In this document: in pieces, positions 40,718 to 53,179 of the stretch
Layout of the letters: each line of letters starts with the position of its first letter
How positions within the stretch are numbered: the first letter of the stretch is position 1
Assembly (NCBI GenBank): GCA_028826165.1
Contig: JAPDFW010000103.1
Location: 310,001-374,000 of the forward strand
From: Anaeramoeba ignava BMAN
Lineage: Eukaryota > Protista > Anaeramoebae
Direction of reading: 5' to 3'
Length of the DNA: 64,000 nucleotides
Notes under the pieces: generated by a model
The model's input: the letters and a program-made list of their open reading frames with translations, nothing else
Told to the model about the DNA's origin: nothing
Databases searched by the model: none
Made by a program: the position numbers and the translations under genes

Positions 40718-43700
40718 TTAATATCGAGAATTTTTCTTTGAAGGGAAATTGAAAACAAGATCTTTTTTGATAATTTGCATTAAATTTTTTGGATCATTAA
40801 TTTTTGCTTTCAAAGCTCCAATAATTTTGTTATTATTGTTATTATTATGGAGATATTTTCTCTTATTTTCTTTGTTATTTTGAATTTGATTTTGAATTTG
40901 AATTTGATTTTGATTTTGATTTTGATTTTGATTTTGATTTTGATTTTGAATTTGATTTTGATTTTGATTTTGATTTTGATTTTGAATTTGATTTTGATTT
41001 TCAATTTGACTTTTGGAGATTTTTTTTTTGGGAATTTGGATTTGATTATTATTGATATGGGAAAAATTTTTTGAGATGACATTTGGAGAATGAAGAACAT
41101 TGCGGAATGGAGAAAGATTTTTTATTAATGGACTAGAATGAGGACTATTAGTTGTATAGGAAAGAATTAAATTTCGAAGTTGATTGAGTTGATTAGTTTG
41201 TAATTCAATCAAATCAACAAGTGATTGCTCATTTTGTCTAAGTCGAGTGTTTTCGATTTCAAGATCTTTTAAACGAAAATTAGAAAGCAAAAAGTCTATT
41301 TGAGATTTATCGAGAGAATCATGATTATTAATAAGTTTGATTAAGTTCTGGCAATTTAATTGAGCATTTTCCACTTTTTTTTGCAATTGTATTTTTTGAT
41401 CATGAAATTGGGAGATTTTTGAATGAAGATTTTTCAATTCTGAATTAATGGATTCATTTTCATAAGAAGTTTTTTGGAAGGAAAGTAGGAGGTGTTGAGT
41501 TTTCAAAGATTGAATGGCTATTTTTGTTTGCAAGTATTGATTTTCAAGTTGAGTAAATTCGTCAGTAAGAGAAGCAAGATGATCAAATAAGAATTGACCA
41601 TTTTTATGGAGATTTTCAGAGAGATTGTTGATATTATTTTGATTTATATTCATGTTTTGATTTATATTCATATTTTGATTTATATTTATATTTTGATTTA
41701 TATTCATATTTTGATTTATATTCTTATTTTGATTTATATTCTTATTTTGATTTATATTCTTATTTTGATTTATATTCTTATTTTGATTTATATTCATATT
41801 TTGATTTATATTCATATTTTCGTTGTGCTTGGATTGCTTAATCTCTTTAAATCTTTTGATAGCTGACTTAAGAGTAAATTTGCAAGCATTGATATCATTA
41901 GAGAGAGAGATGGTTTCCATTATTGTAGGATTGGATTCATCATTCATGAGCGGATTTCCATCTTGGTCTGAGTTCTGGACAAATTTGGAAAGTTTTTGCA
42001 GAAAGGTTTCAGGATGAGAAGGATTTTGATTCGAAGATGTGTTTGGTTGATCAAGTTTGAGAGTGTGAGAAAATTTTTCGAGTTTGCGCTTGAGGGTGCC
42101 TACTTCACGACGGAGATCCGCGATGATACGGGTGTATTCTGAGATATGGGCATGGATTTTACGGCGATTGGTAGAAGGCTTTGTTTGTATTTTGCTTGCA
42201 CGAGAGGCAAAAACAAGAGTATTGAAAGTATCCTCATAATTTTTGTCTGATGGAGAAATATTGGCTATCATAAGAGTGAGACAGTTGCCTCCAAGAGAAT
42301 CTTTGAGAAGACGAGTGAGCTTGCTATCTCTATATGGGACATGAGCTTTCTTGGACTTTTTCGCAAGAGAGTTGATGCAGTTGCCTAGTGCAAGAAGAGA
42401 CTTGTTGATGTTTGCTCCTTCAACAAGTCTCATTCCAGAATTCTGTGTTGAGCGCTCTGAGCCAGCGAGATCAATCAAGGAAAGCTTTGCGGAGACTGTT
42501 TGCGATTGGAGACCGGGTGTGCGTTCTTTCTTGAGGAGAATGACTTGGAGAACAGCATGTGATCTTGATGAGACTTGATTTGCCAAAGTGGGAGATTGTT
42601 TCCTCTTTGCGTTTCCTTGTTTCAGCAAATCGAAAACCTGAGACGCATTGGCAATCGGGATCTTTGTGATGTTTGTGACCTCGGTACCGTTGTCGGATTC
42701 CCTGATATGAAGTGATTTTTCTGAGGAAGTTCCAAGAAGATCGCGGATCGTTTCGTTGTAAATCTCCAAATACGAAATGGAAAGTGAAAACGAAAAATCC
42801 GCAGATTGCTTATCAATCAACGAGAAGATGTCGCTAATCGCCATGTACATAATCCCTGGCTGCTCGTTCTCGCGGTTTCCAAGCATTGTGTATGTGTTGT
42901 GAGTGGGCACGAAATGGCGAGTCAAGAACAAATGGCGTGAGTCGGTAATTTCGATGCACTGGCATTTGTGTCTGCCGACAGAGACGATATTGCAGAGCCG
43001 ACGAACCAATCCTTTACCTTCTGGTACGGGATGGAACAACATCTTGTGAGGGTGTTTTTTCCTTGCAATCTCGAAATAGTTAAAGGATACTTGAAATAGG
43101 GAAAAATTGTGTTTTTCGAAAATAAAACAAATGGATCCAAGTGATTCAAATAACGAACGAAGTTGCGACACCAAAGGCGCAGAAATTATGAATGGAAGTT
43201 TAAATATAAGCGAACCACCTGGCGAAATATTGAATGGGATGCAAGTAAAAAATCCTTGAATAAATTCCAATCGAGAGTTGAGCGATGTGAACAAGTATTT
43301 TGGAGGAATCGAAAGTAATTCGGCGAATTTTTGAGCTTGGGAAATGAGCTTAAGAAGCGCGGAAAAAATGATACCGAAGGCATAAGATGATATTGATGTT
43401 TTCTGTTGAAAGAAAAACGCAGGTTTTGAAATGGGGATCGCGATATTAAAATGATTATTTTTAAGACACTGAGCCAGGAAGAAGGTGTCTGTTAATATTG
43501 ACAACGGGGATTTGAGTGCAGTGTTTCTTGGAGTAAGAAGAGCAGCCCAAATATGGTCTGCAGAGCATTCTACAAATGATTTATCATGGAAGACTAAACG
43601 ATAAACAGGTATTTTTCCTTGAGGGAAAATGCCTGAAATTGAAGAAAATTTGCCATTTGGTGTGCAGACATGATCTCCAATTTTGAGACTGGAGTTTTTT

Positions 43701-44332
43701 CGTGGGCCATTTGGTGTGTAGACTACTTCTGAGTTGATAAGACTCTTGCCAGCTCCTGTTGCACCATAAGCAAAGACTGTGCAATTAAAACCGTTGAAAA
43801 TTCCTTTTTCTCCACAAATTAAATTTCGAGCAGTTTTAGAATAGAATTCTCTTTGTGTGATATCTTCATCAGCTACAAAATCAAAAGCGAATCTCGAATC
43901 TTTTGCTTTTCTCTTTTTTTTTTTTTAAATTAAAATTAAAATAAAAATTAAAATAAAAATTAAAATTAAAATTAAAATTAAAATTAAAATTAAAATTAAA
44001 ATTAAAATTAAAACTAAAATTAAAATTAAAATTAAAATTAAAATTAAAATTAAAATTAAAATTAAAATAAAAAGTGGAACAACAATTTTGGATTTTATTT
44101 TCGAAAATTTTACTTTATGACCTGGATTTGAATTTTGTACTTGATTATCTTCTTCTCCTGGATCGAAAAGAAGAATATTTTCTGAAAGTGGTTGAACAAT
44201 TTTTTGAGTATTTTTTTCATCTCCAATCATTGGACGAATTCTTAAATTTTTAAATTTTAATTTTTAATTTAATTTTCAATTTAAATTTTTTTAAAATATA
44301 ACGAACCTAATTGCAACTGAAATGGAACTCAT
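40718..44332 (-). CDS. Kinesin-8 family motor (KIF18/KIF19-like) precursor containing an intein
   Basis: Exons 44332-44307, 44240-44114, 43912-40718. Motifs VAIRIRP, FAFDFV, FAYGATGAGK|TYTM, SYLEIYNE, SSRSHAVLQ, LSLIDLAGSER, EGANINKSLLALGNCIN and HVPYRDSKLTRLLKDSLGGNC. Confidence 0.93.
42896..43744 (-). mobile_element. Intein (283 aa) in the kinesin P-loop, with a class-3-type WCT signature and an eroded endonuclease remnant
   Basis: In-frame insert between GAGK and TYTM. Starts SLINSEVVYTPNG, block B is VECSADHIW, block F is CQCIEITDSRHLFLT, block G is FVPTHN, and the +1 residue is Thr. Remnants IPPKYLFTSLNSRLEFIQGFF and LRSLFESLG. Confidence 0.95.
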
Positions 44333-44761
44333 TTTTTTAATGAAAACAATAAAAATAATAATAAAAAAATGAAAGAAAATAATGAAATCGGAAAAACGAT
44401 AAACAAAAAGATAATTTTATTTTTAATTTTAAATTTCATTTTTAATTTCATTTTTAATTAACGGTTTGAAAAAGAAGAAAAAAAAAAGAAGAAAAAAAAA
44501 GAGGAAAATTGAATAATAAATAATAAAAAGAAAAAATTGAATTTCTTTTTTTCATTTTTTTCTCTTTTTTTTTTTAATTTTTTTTTTGTTGTTTGTGTTT
44601 GTTTTTTTTTCTAAATACAAAGATCACTTTTAAATTGATTAATTGACTTTATAAAGAAAAGAAAAGAAAAGAAAAATACAAAATCAATTATAAATTTAAT
44701 TTTAATTTTAATTTTAATTTGAATTTAAATTTAAATTTAAATTTCCATTAAAAAGATAAAT

Positions 44762-47162
44762 ATGACAAATAAATCAAGAATTCCACCTAAATTACCAACA
44801 ACACCACCACCACCTTTGAAGAAAGACTATACACACAATAATCCACCACCTCAACCTCCTAGACCTTATCAAGATTTCAATGATTCTAATCAATCAAATT
44901 TACAAAATCAAACACAAGATGATTGTATGTTTAGAGCATTCAATTTCTTTAATTCTCCTTGATTATCATTCATTATTCTTCATTAATTTAATTTTTTTAT
45001 TTAATTGTTTATTCGTTCAATTGTGTTTCAATTCAAAATTAAATTCAAATTAAATTAAATTAAAAATGAAAATTAAATTCTAAATTAAATTCAAAATTAA
45101 ATTCAAAATTAAATTCAAAATCAAATTCAAAATTAAATTCAAAATTAAATTCAAAATTAAAATCAAATTTAAAATTAATTCTAAATTAAATTAAAAATTA
45201 AATTCAAAATTAAATTCAAAATTAAATTCAAAATTAAATTCAAAATTAAAATTAAAATTAAATTCAAAATTAATTCAAAATTAAATTAAAATTAAAAATT
45301 AAAATTAAATTCAAAATTAAATTAAAATTAAAAATTAAAATTAAATTCAAAATTAAATTAAAATTAAATCAAAATTAAATTCAAAATTAAATTCAAAATT
45401 AAATTCAAAATTAAAATCAAAATTAAATTAAAAATTAAATTAAATTAAAAATTAAAATCAAAATTAAAAATTAAATTCAAAATTAAATTCAAAATCAAAA
45501 TTAAATTCAAAATTAAATTCAAAATTAAATTCAAAATCAAATTCAAAATTAAAATTAAAATTAAATTCAAAACTAAATTCAAAACTAAATTCAAAATTAA
45601 ATTCAAAATTAAATTCAAAATTCAATTCAAAATTAAATTCAAAATTAAATTCAAAATTAAATTCAAAATCAAAAATTAAATTCAAAATTAAATTCAAAAT
45701 CAAAATTAAATTAAAAATTAAATTAAATTTAAATTCAAAATTAAAATTAAAATTAAATTCAAAACTAAATTCAAAATTAAATTCAAAATTAAATTCAAAA
45801 TTAAATTCAAAATCAATTCAAAATTCAAAATTAAATTCAAAATTAAATTCAAAATTAAAATCAAATTCAAAATTAAATTAAAAATTAAATTAAATTCAAA
45901 ATTCAATTCTAAATTAAATTCAAAATTAAATTCAAAATTAAATTCAAAATTAAATTCAAAATTCAAAATTAAATTCAAAATTAAATTCAAAATCAATTCA
46001 AAATCAAATTTAAAATTAAATTCAAAATTAAATTAAAAATTAAATTAAATTCAAAATTCAATTCTAAATTAAATTCAAAATTAAAATTAAATTAAATTCA
46101 AAATTAAATTCAAAATTAAATTCAAAATTAAATTAAAAATTAAATTCAAAATTAAATTCAAAATTAAATTCAAAATTAAATTAAAAATTAAATTAAAAAT
46201 TAAAATCAAATTAAAATTAAAATTCAAAATCAAAATTCAAATCAAAATTAAAATCAAATTCAAAATTAAAATCAAATTCAAAATTAAAAGTTATCGAATT
46301 TGATCCATTGGCAGAAAACCTAAAACAAGAAGAAAAAAGTAACAATCAAAGAAGAGGATCAACAGACAAATATTCTGGATTAACAAAAGAAGAGCGGAAA
46401 ATTGCAGACAAGCAACGGAAAGAGCAAGAGCGACGAGAAAAACAAGAACGGAAGGATATGAAAGAAAAGCTAAAGCGGGAACAAAAAGAAAAAAAACTAG
46501 CGGATAAAAAAGAACGGAAAGAAAAAAAAGAACAAGAAAAACGAGAGAAAAAGAAAAAAAAAGAGCAGAAAGACAAAGGTAAGGAAGCGCAAGATAACGA
46601 GGATACCAAAGTGTTTGGGGTGCCGTTAATGGCGGCAATTGGGCATGAAAATCGTTCAGAATTCTCACCACCGAGTATAATTGAAAAATCAATAATGTAT
46701 CTTGAAGAAAAGGCAAAATTCGAAGAGGGAATATATCGACTCACAGGCAACGTGCGGGAGATGAACGAGCTCAAAGAGGCTTTTGACAGAGGAGAGGATG
46801 TGGATTTGGCTGGAATTCGCGACGAGAATACAGTCGCTAGTCTTATCAAGCTTTACTTCCGCGAATTACCCGAACCAATTTTCGGTGACTTCACTGATTC
46901 GCTTTATGATGTATCCTCTCTCGAGAACGAAGACCGCATACTCGCCCTCCGACACATCTATAACAGTATCCCCGAAGTCAATAAGGCTGTCCTGAGATGG
47001 CTTCTTCCCCATTTGGATCGTGTGCAAAAACAGAGTTATAAGAATAAGATGACTCCTGAAAATTTGGCCATTGTTTTTGCTCCTACTTTGCATATCCCTA
47101 CTGGATTGCTTGCTTTGATGATTACTAATTGGGCTGATATACTTTGTCCAGAAAATAATTGA
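44762..47162 (+). CDS. RhoGAP-domain protein (RalBP1-like layout: Pro-rich N-terminus, K/E-rich coil, RhoGAP)
   Basis: Exons 44762-44924 and 46291-47162. Motifs VFGVPL, EEGIYRLTG (Arg finger), VASLIKLYFRELPEP and NKMTPENLAIVFAPTL. Confidence 0.9.
45030..46285. repeat. Intronic (AAATTCAAAATT)n array
   Basis: Fills the RhoGAP intron. Confidence 0.9.
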
Positions 47163-47423
47163 AATTTTCCTTTACTAAAAACAAAATAATAATAAACAAA
47201 ATATTTCCCTCTTCTATGATTTTTTTTGAATTATTTCTAACTTAAATTGTTTTTGATTTTTTTTGAATTTTTTTTTTATTTTTTGGAATGATAATTTTGT
47301 TTCTTTTTCAAGAAGAAAAAGAAAAGAAAAACAAACAAGAATCAAATTGAAAAAAAAATTGAAAGGAAAAGAAAAGAAAAGAAAAATCAGAATTAAAAAA
47401 GGAAAGGAAAAGAAAGGAAGAAA

Positions 47424-50400
47424 TTAAACATCTTCATCTGCTTGAACATTAATTGGATCTCCTAATCGATCAAGAATTTCTTCAAGTTGTGAAAGTAAAT
47501 CATTGAATTTTTGTTCATCTTGAATTTCTGTTTGCATTGTTTCAACAATTTCAGTTTTGTTAAGAGAAACATATCTGTGAATATTAGCACATGAAATTTC
47601 AAGAACATCTTTAGGAAGTGGTGATGATTCAAATGAAAGTTCATCTCTTGATTCATCATTTGGTGTAGAAATTGAATCAAGATAATTAATCATTTTTTCT
47701 TCATTTGTTGAAATAAAATCATTAACTGTATTCATATATTCTTCTTTAGCTCCAAAAAGTGTTCCATTTGCTAAATTTTGAAGAACTTTAGCAACAAGAA
47801 TAAGTGTTCTTAAAAGTTCATCACTTGGTGGTTCTTTAAGAAGTCCAAATTCATCTGATGCAGTAATTGCTGGTGAAAAATATCTTAATACAACCATTCC
47901 TCCAAGTGATTGTGAAACTCGATCTGGGAATTTATGAAGAACTTCTTCTTTAAGATGTGAAAGAACAAATCTAAATTGAGGTGGGAAATTATCAACATTC
48001 TTGAGAATAGATGAGAAAATAGCTTGAACAGCTGCCATAAGATTGTATTTATTAACAGTTGGTGTTGTATCAGTATCAATACGATTAGGATCAAGTTCTA
48101 TATTAGCCATATCTTGTGAAACCATAAGTTCATGAACAGTTTCAGAAAGTGATCCATGAATATAATTAATTCCATAAGCAAGATGACAATATGCTCCCCA
48201 AAGTTTAGAAGCCATCGAATAACCTCTGAAAAGAAGATCACCATCATCACAAGTAGATACTTCTTTAGTAATGAAATATTTAAGAAGTTGTGGTGATTCT
48301 CCATTAGCTTCAAAAATATAAAGTAAAGAACGACCTAAATAACTTGCAACTTTGGTTTCAGAAGCAATACATAAACAATCAACTAATATCATATTTTCAA
48401 TAAGTAATTGTTGAAGATCAAAGTTTGCAGATTGAATATTGGGACGTTTAAGTTTTTTACGATCTTGAGGAGAGATATAGAAATTTTCACCAAACAAAGA
48501 TTCAACAGTAAAAATAGGTAAAGCAAGAATATGAGCCCATTTATCTCTATCATGTCTTTTTTTCCAGAAAATAAAAGCAGCAGCAACAAGAATAATTCCT
48601 AATGCAGCCATACATGTTGAAAAGAATGCTAAGAAAGCAGCTCCACTCATATTCAGTTTATCTCCCATTTTATCTGCCCACTTATCTGATGTTACTTCAG
48701 TTTCACATAATTCACCAGTCCAATGATCATCACATACACAATGACCTTCCATTTGATCACAATAACCATGGTCTCCACAATCAATTCCTTCACACCAAGA
48801 AATATTACAATGCTCGCCAGTCCAACCTTGATAGCATAAACATCCACCAGTTTGATTAATACAATCACCATTTCCATTACAAAGATCAACACTATCATTA
48901 CAATATTTGAATTCACAATTATCTCCAAAATATCCAACATTACAAGAACATAATCCAGTATAAACAACACAAGTTCCATTATTACAATCAGTTCCATTAC
49001 ATAATTGTTCTGTGCAATTAGGACCTGTCCATCCTTGAGTTGGATCACAAATACATCCTCCTTCTGTTCCTTCATATGAACAATAATTATTTGAATTTGG
49101 AGCATCATCATTACAATTATCATGATCTCTTTCACATAAATTAACATCACAATATTGACCTGAATAACTATCGTTACACCAACAAAATCCAACTGAACCA
49201 GAATCATCACACCATCCATTATTATTACATGTTTGATAAATTCCATCTGGGCATTTCAATACTGAACAATCATATCCCATATAAGCTTGTTCACAAATAC
49301 AATTACTTGATGTTGTATTACAAGTTCCATGTCCACATTCACTATCATTTGTACATCCAGCTATTATTATTATTTAATATAAGATTATAATTAAAATTCA
49401 AATTTTAGATTAAAATTTAAAAATTATATTACCTAATATTGTAATATCAGGTGTTCCACTCATCCATCCTTTACTTTCATCCCAAGTAACATATAAAGTA
49501 CCATTATTAAGAGGTGAAATATCAGGTAAAGTACATGTAATTGAATTAGGAGGATTAACAAAAGATGCATCAGAAACTACATCTTGATATTTACATTTCC
49601 AATGAATAGTTAAATTGTTATATTGACCATTTGCAACAACATTCCCAGTCAAATTAACTTGAATTGGTGATCCGCCTCTTCCTTCTGTATTACCATATCC
49701 AGTAACCCAAGCTGAATATGTATAATTAACTTGAACTTGTGCACAATCCCAATATGCCATTATAGATAATGGTTCTGTTGTTCCGACATCACCTATATGA
49801 GTCATAACATTTTTCATATTTATTCCAAAACTTCCATTATCAAACTATAATCAATTTAATTCAAAAAGAAAAGAAAGAAAAAAAGATTAATTGAATTTAT
49901 TTTTATTTTTATTTTGGTTTTGATTTTGGTTTTGAAATATAATAATTACACTTTGATAATTCCAAGTTGCTCCTGCAAGATCATTTAATCCTCCAAAACT
50001 TTTGTTTCTTTGAACAGATGAGTTATCTCCAACTGTTGCCCAATTATCTGGAGATGGAGTAAGTGTATAATCTACATTTCCATTTCCTGTTGCTAATTGA
50101 CAAAGATCTTCGAGTAGGTCAGTGAAATAAGGATTATAATAAGTATAATGACAATTGTGGTGGTTTTTGTTGCAAGAATAAGTGTTTCCTTGATTAAGTT
50201 TTCCATTTCTTCCAATCCAACCATAAACTCCATGAATTTGAAGTGAATCTGTATCTGGAAATTTGAAACTATATCCTCGAAGATAAGATGTTGCTGCTTC
50301 ATTATTAAGAAATTCGTTTGATGATGCACCACTTGCTATATCAGGATTAGTATCTGGTGAATATTCTCCTCCACATACATATAATTCTTGTGTTGCAAAC

Positions 50401-50632
50401 CATCCATCAACATATATATAAGAATGAGGTTGATGCCAATCTGTTAATCCTGTATAACTTATGACTTCACCTGCTCCTGAAATAAATCCAATCAATAAAA
50501 TTACCAAAATAAATTTTGATAAAGAAATCCTATTTTAATCAATTTATGAAAAAGAAAAAGATAAATTTATTTATTTTGAGAATTAATTGGATTAAAAAGA
50601 AACAAATTTATTCATTTTGATTTAACTTACAT
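47424..50632 (-). CDS. Receptor-like RasGAP copy 1 (signal peptide, unknown ectodomain, IPT-like segment, EGF repeats, TM, RasGAP), about 976 aa
   Basis: Exons 50632-50631, 50529-49950, 49844-49433 and 49360-47424 total 2931 nt in frame. About six EGF-like repeats, TM AAFLAFF...AAAFIFWKKR, and GAP motifs LFRGYSMASK, VLRYFSPAI and LILVAKVLQNLAN. Confidence 0.9.
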
Positions 50633-51604
50633 TTTTATTCTCTCTTTGTTTTTGGATAAAGAATGCTAAAAAAAAATAATCACAAAAAACAATTAAAATT
50701 TGAAAAGAAAAGTGAATAATAACAAAAATTTTTTTTTTTTGATGTTTTTATTCTTTTTTTTTTTTTATTTACATTTTACCACCTTCTGATTTTCTTATTA
50801 AAAAAATTATTTTTGTCCTCTTTGCCGGACTATATAAAAAGAGATTTTCAATTAAATTTTTAATTGTTTTTCTTTTTATTATTAAAATGATCGTTTGTTT
50901 ATTTATAAATTAATAAAGGAATAAAAATTGAAAATAGAATTAATAATAATTCAAATTATTTTATTTACTATTTTGAATAAATTTATTTGCTAGATTGGAA
51001 TAAATAAGAATAACAAGATCGTTTTATTTATTTATATTTTTTAATTTAAATTCAAATAATTTCAAAAAAGAATGTTTTTACAATAAAAAAGAAAAAATAT
51101 TTTTTTTTTAAAAGTTTTATTTTGTTCTCTATAGTTTCATTGTTATTTTTTCAAGAAATTAATTTCTATTTAGATTAGATAAATATTGAATAAACAATTA
51201 GACAAAGGAGTATTTAAATATGGATTTGAAATCAAAATTTATTATGCTTTCTTTTACTACCATTATATTTAATTGGATTTGATCTTCAAATGTAACGGCA
51301 ACACAGATTTTAATTAAAAATAATTAATTTAAATGTTAAACGTTGCAAAATTTTTTAAAAGAAAAATTCGAAAGTAAATGAATAAAATTTGTAAGTAATT
51401 TGCTATTCTTCTTCTTCTTCTTCTTTTTTTTTTGTAATTTCTTTTTCCCTTTTTTTTTAAAAGGAATAGAGAAAATACACCAAAAATTTTGATAATAAAT
51501 CAATTAATTAACCATTCCAGAATTATTTTTTATTTCTTTTCTTTTCAAAATATTTGGGAAATGCTTTAAAATTTGTTTTTGAAACTGGAAATCTTCCCTA
51601 ATAA

Positions 51605-52980
51605 AAGAAATCAATATTAAAATCAATATTAAAATCAATCTTAAAATCAATCTTAAAATCAATATTAAAATAAATCTTAAAATAAATAATAAAATTAATC
51701 TTAAAATCAATATTAAAATTAATCTTAAAATTAATCTTAAAATTAATTAATCTTAAAATAAATTAATCTTAAAATAAATCTTAAAATAAATTAATCTTAA
51801 AATAAATCAATCTTAAAATAAATAAATCTTAAAATAAATTAATCTTAAAATAAATCAATCTTAAAATCAATCTTAAAATAAATCAATCTTAAAATTAATC
51901 AATCTTAAAATAAATTAATCTTAAAATAAATCAATCAATATTAAAATAAATTAATCTCAAAATAAATCAATCTTAAAATAAATAAATCTTAAAATAAATT
52001 AATAAATCTTAAAATCAATCTTAAAATTAATATTAAAATCAATATTAAAAATTCAATCTTAAAATTAATCTTAAAATCAATCTTAAAATTAATAAATCTT
52101 AAAATAAATTAATCTTAAAATAAATCAATCAATCTTAAAATTAATAATCTTAAAATCAATCTTAAAATAAATTAATCTTAAAATTAATATTAAAATCAAT
52201 CTTAAAATAAATCTTAAAATCAATAATAAAATAAATCAATCAATATTAAAATCAATCTTAAAATAAATAAATCTTAAAATCAATATTAAAATCAATCTTA
52301 AAATTAATATTAAAATCAATCTTAAAATAAATCTTAAAATCAATATTAAAATCAATATTAAAATCAATCTTAAAATTAATCTTAAAATTAATCTTAAAAT
52401 CAATATTAAAATTAATATTAAAATCAATATTAAAATCAATCTTAAAATAAATCAATCTTAAAATCAATCTTAAAATCAATCTTAAAATAAATTAATCTTA
52501 AAATCAATATTAAAATTAATCTTAAAATAAATAAATCTTAAAATCAATCTTAAAATAAAATAAATCTTAAAATCAATATTAAAATTAATATTAAAATCAA
52601 TCTTAAAATCAATCTTAAAATAAATCTTAAAATCAATCTTAAAATTAATCAATCTTAAAATCAATATTAAAATAAATCTTAAAATCAATCTTAAAATTAA
52701 TATTAAAATAAATCTTAAAATCAATCTTAAAATTAATCTTAAAATTAATATTAAAATAAATCTTAAAATTAATCTTAAAATAAATCTTAAAATAAATTAA
52801 TCTTAAAATTAATCAATATTAAAATTAATCAATCTTAAAATAATAAAATCAATCTTAAAAAATAAATCAATCTTAAAATTAATCTTAAAATAAATTAATC
52901 TTAAAATTAATCTTAAAATAAATTAATCTTAAAATAAATTAATCTTAAAATAAATTAATCTTAAAATAAATTAATAAATA
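51605..52980. repeat. (AATCTTAAAATC/T/A)n array between RasGAP copies 1 and 2
   Basis: Intron-style 12-16-nt tandem repeat that does not lie inside any complete gene model. Confidence 0.85.
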
Positions 52981-53179
52981 GCTTATTAAATTGTTTTTGA
53001 TTTGATTTGAATTTTTTTTTTATTTTTTGGAATGAATTTTGTTTCTTTTCCAAGAAGAAAAAGAAAAAAAAGAAGAAAAAGAAGAAAGAAAAACAAACAA
53101 GAATCAAATTGAAAAAAAAATTGAAAGGAAAAGAAAAGAAAAGAAAAATCAGAATTAAAAAAGAAAAGAAAGGAAGAAA

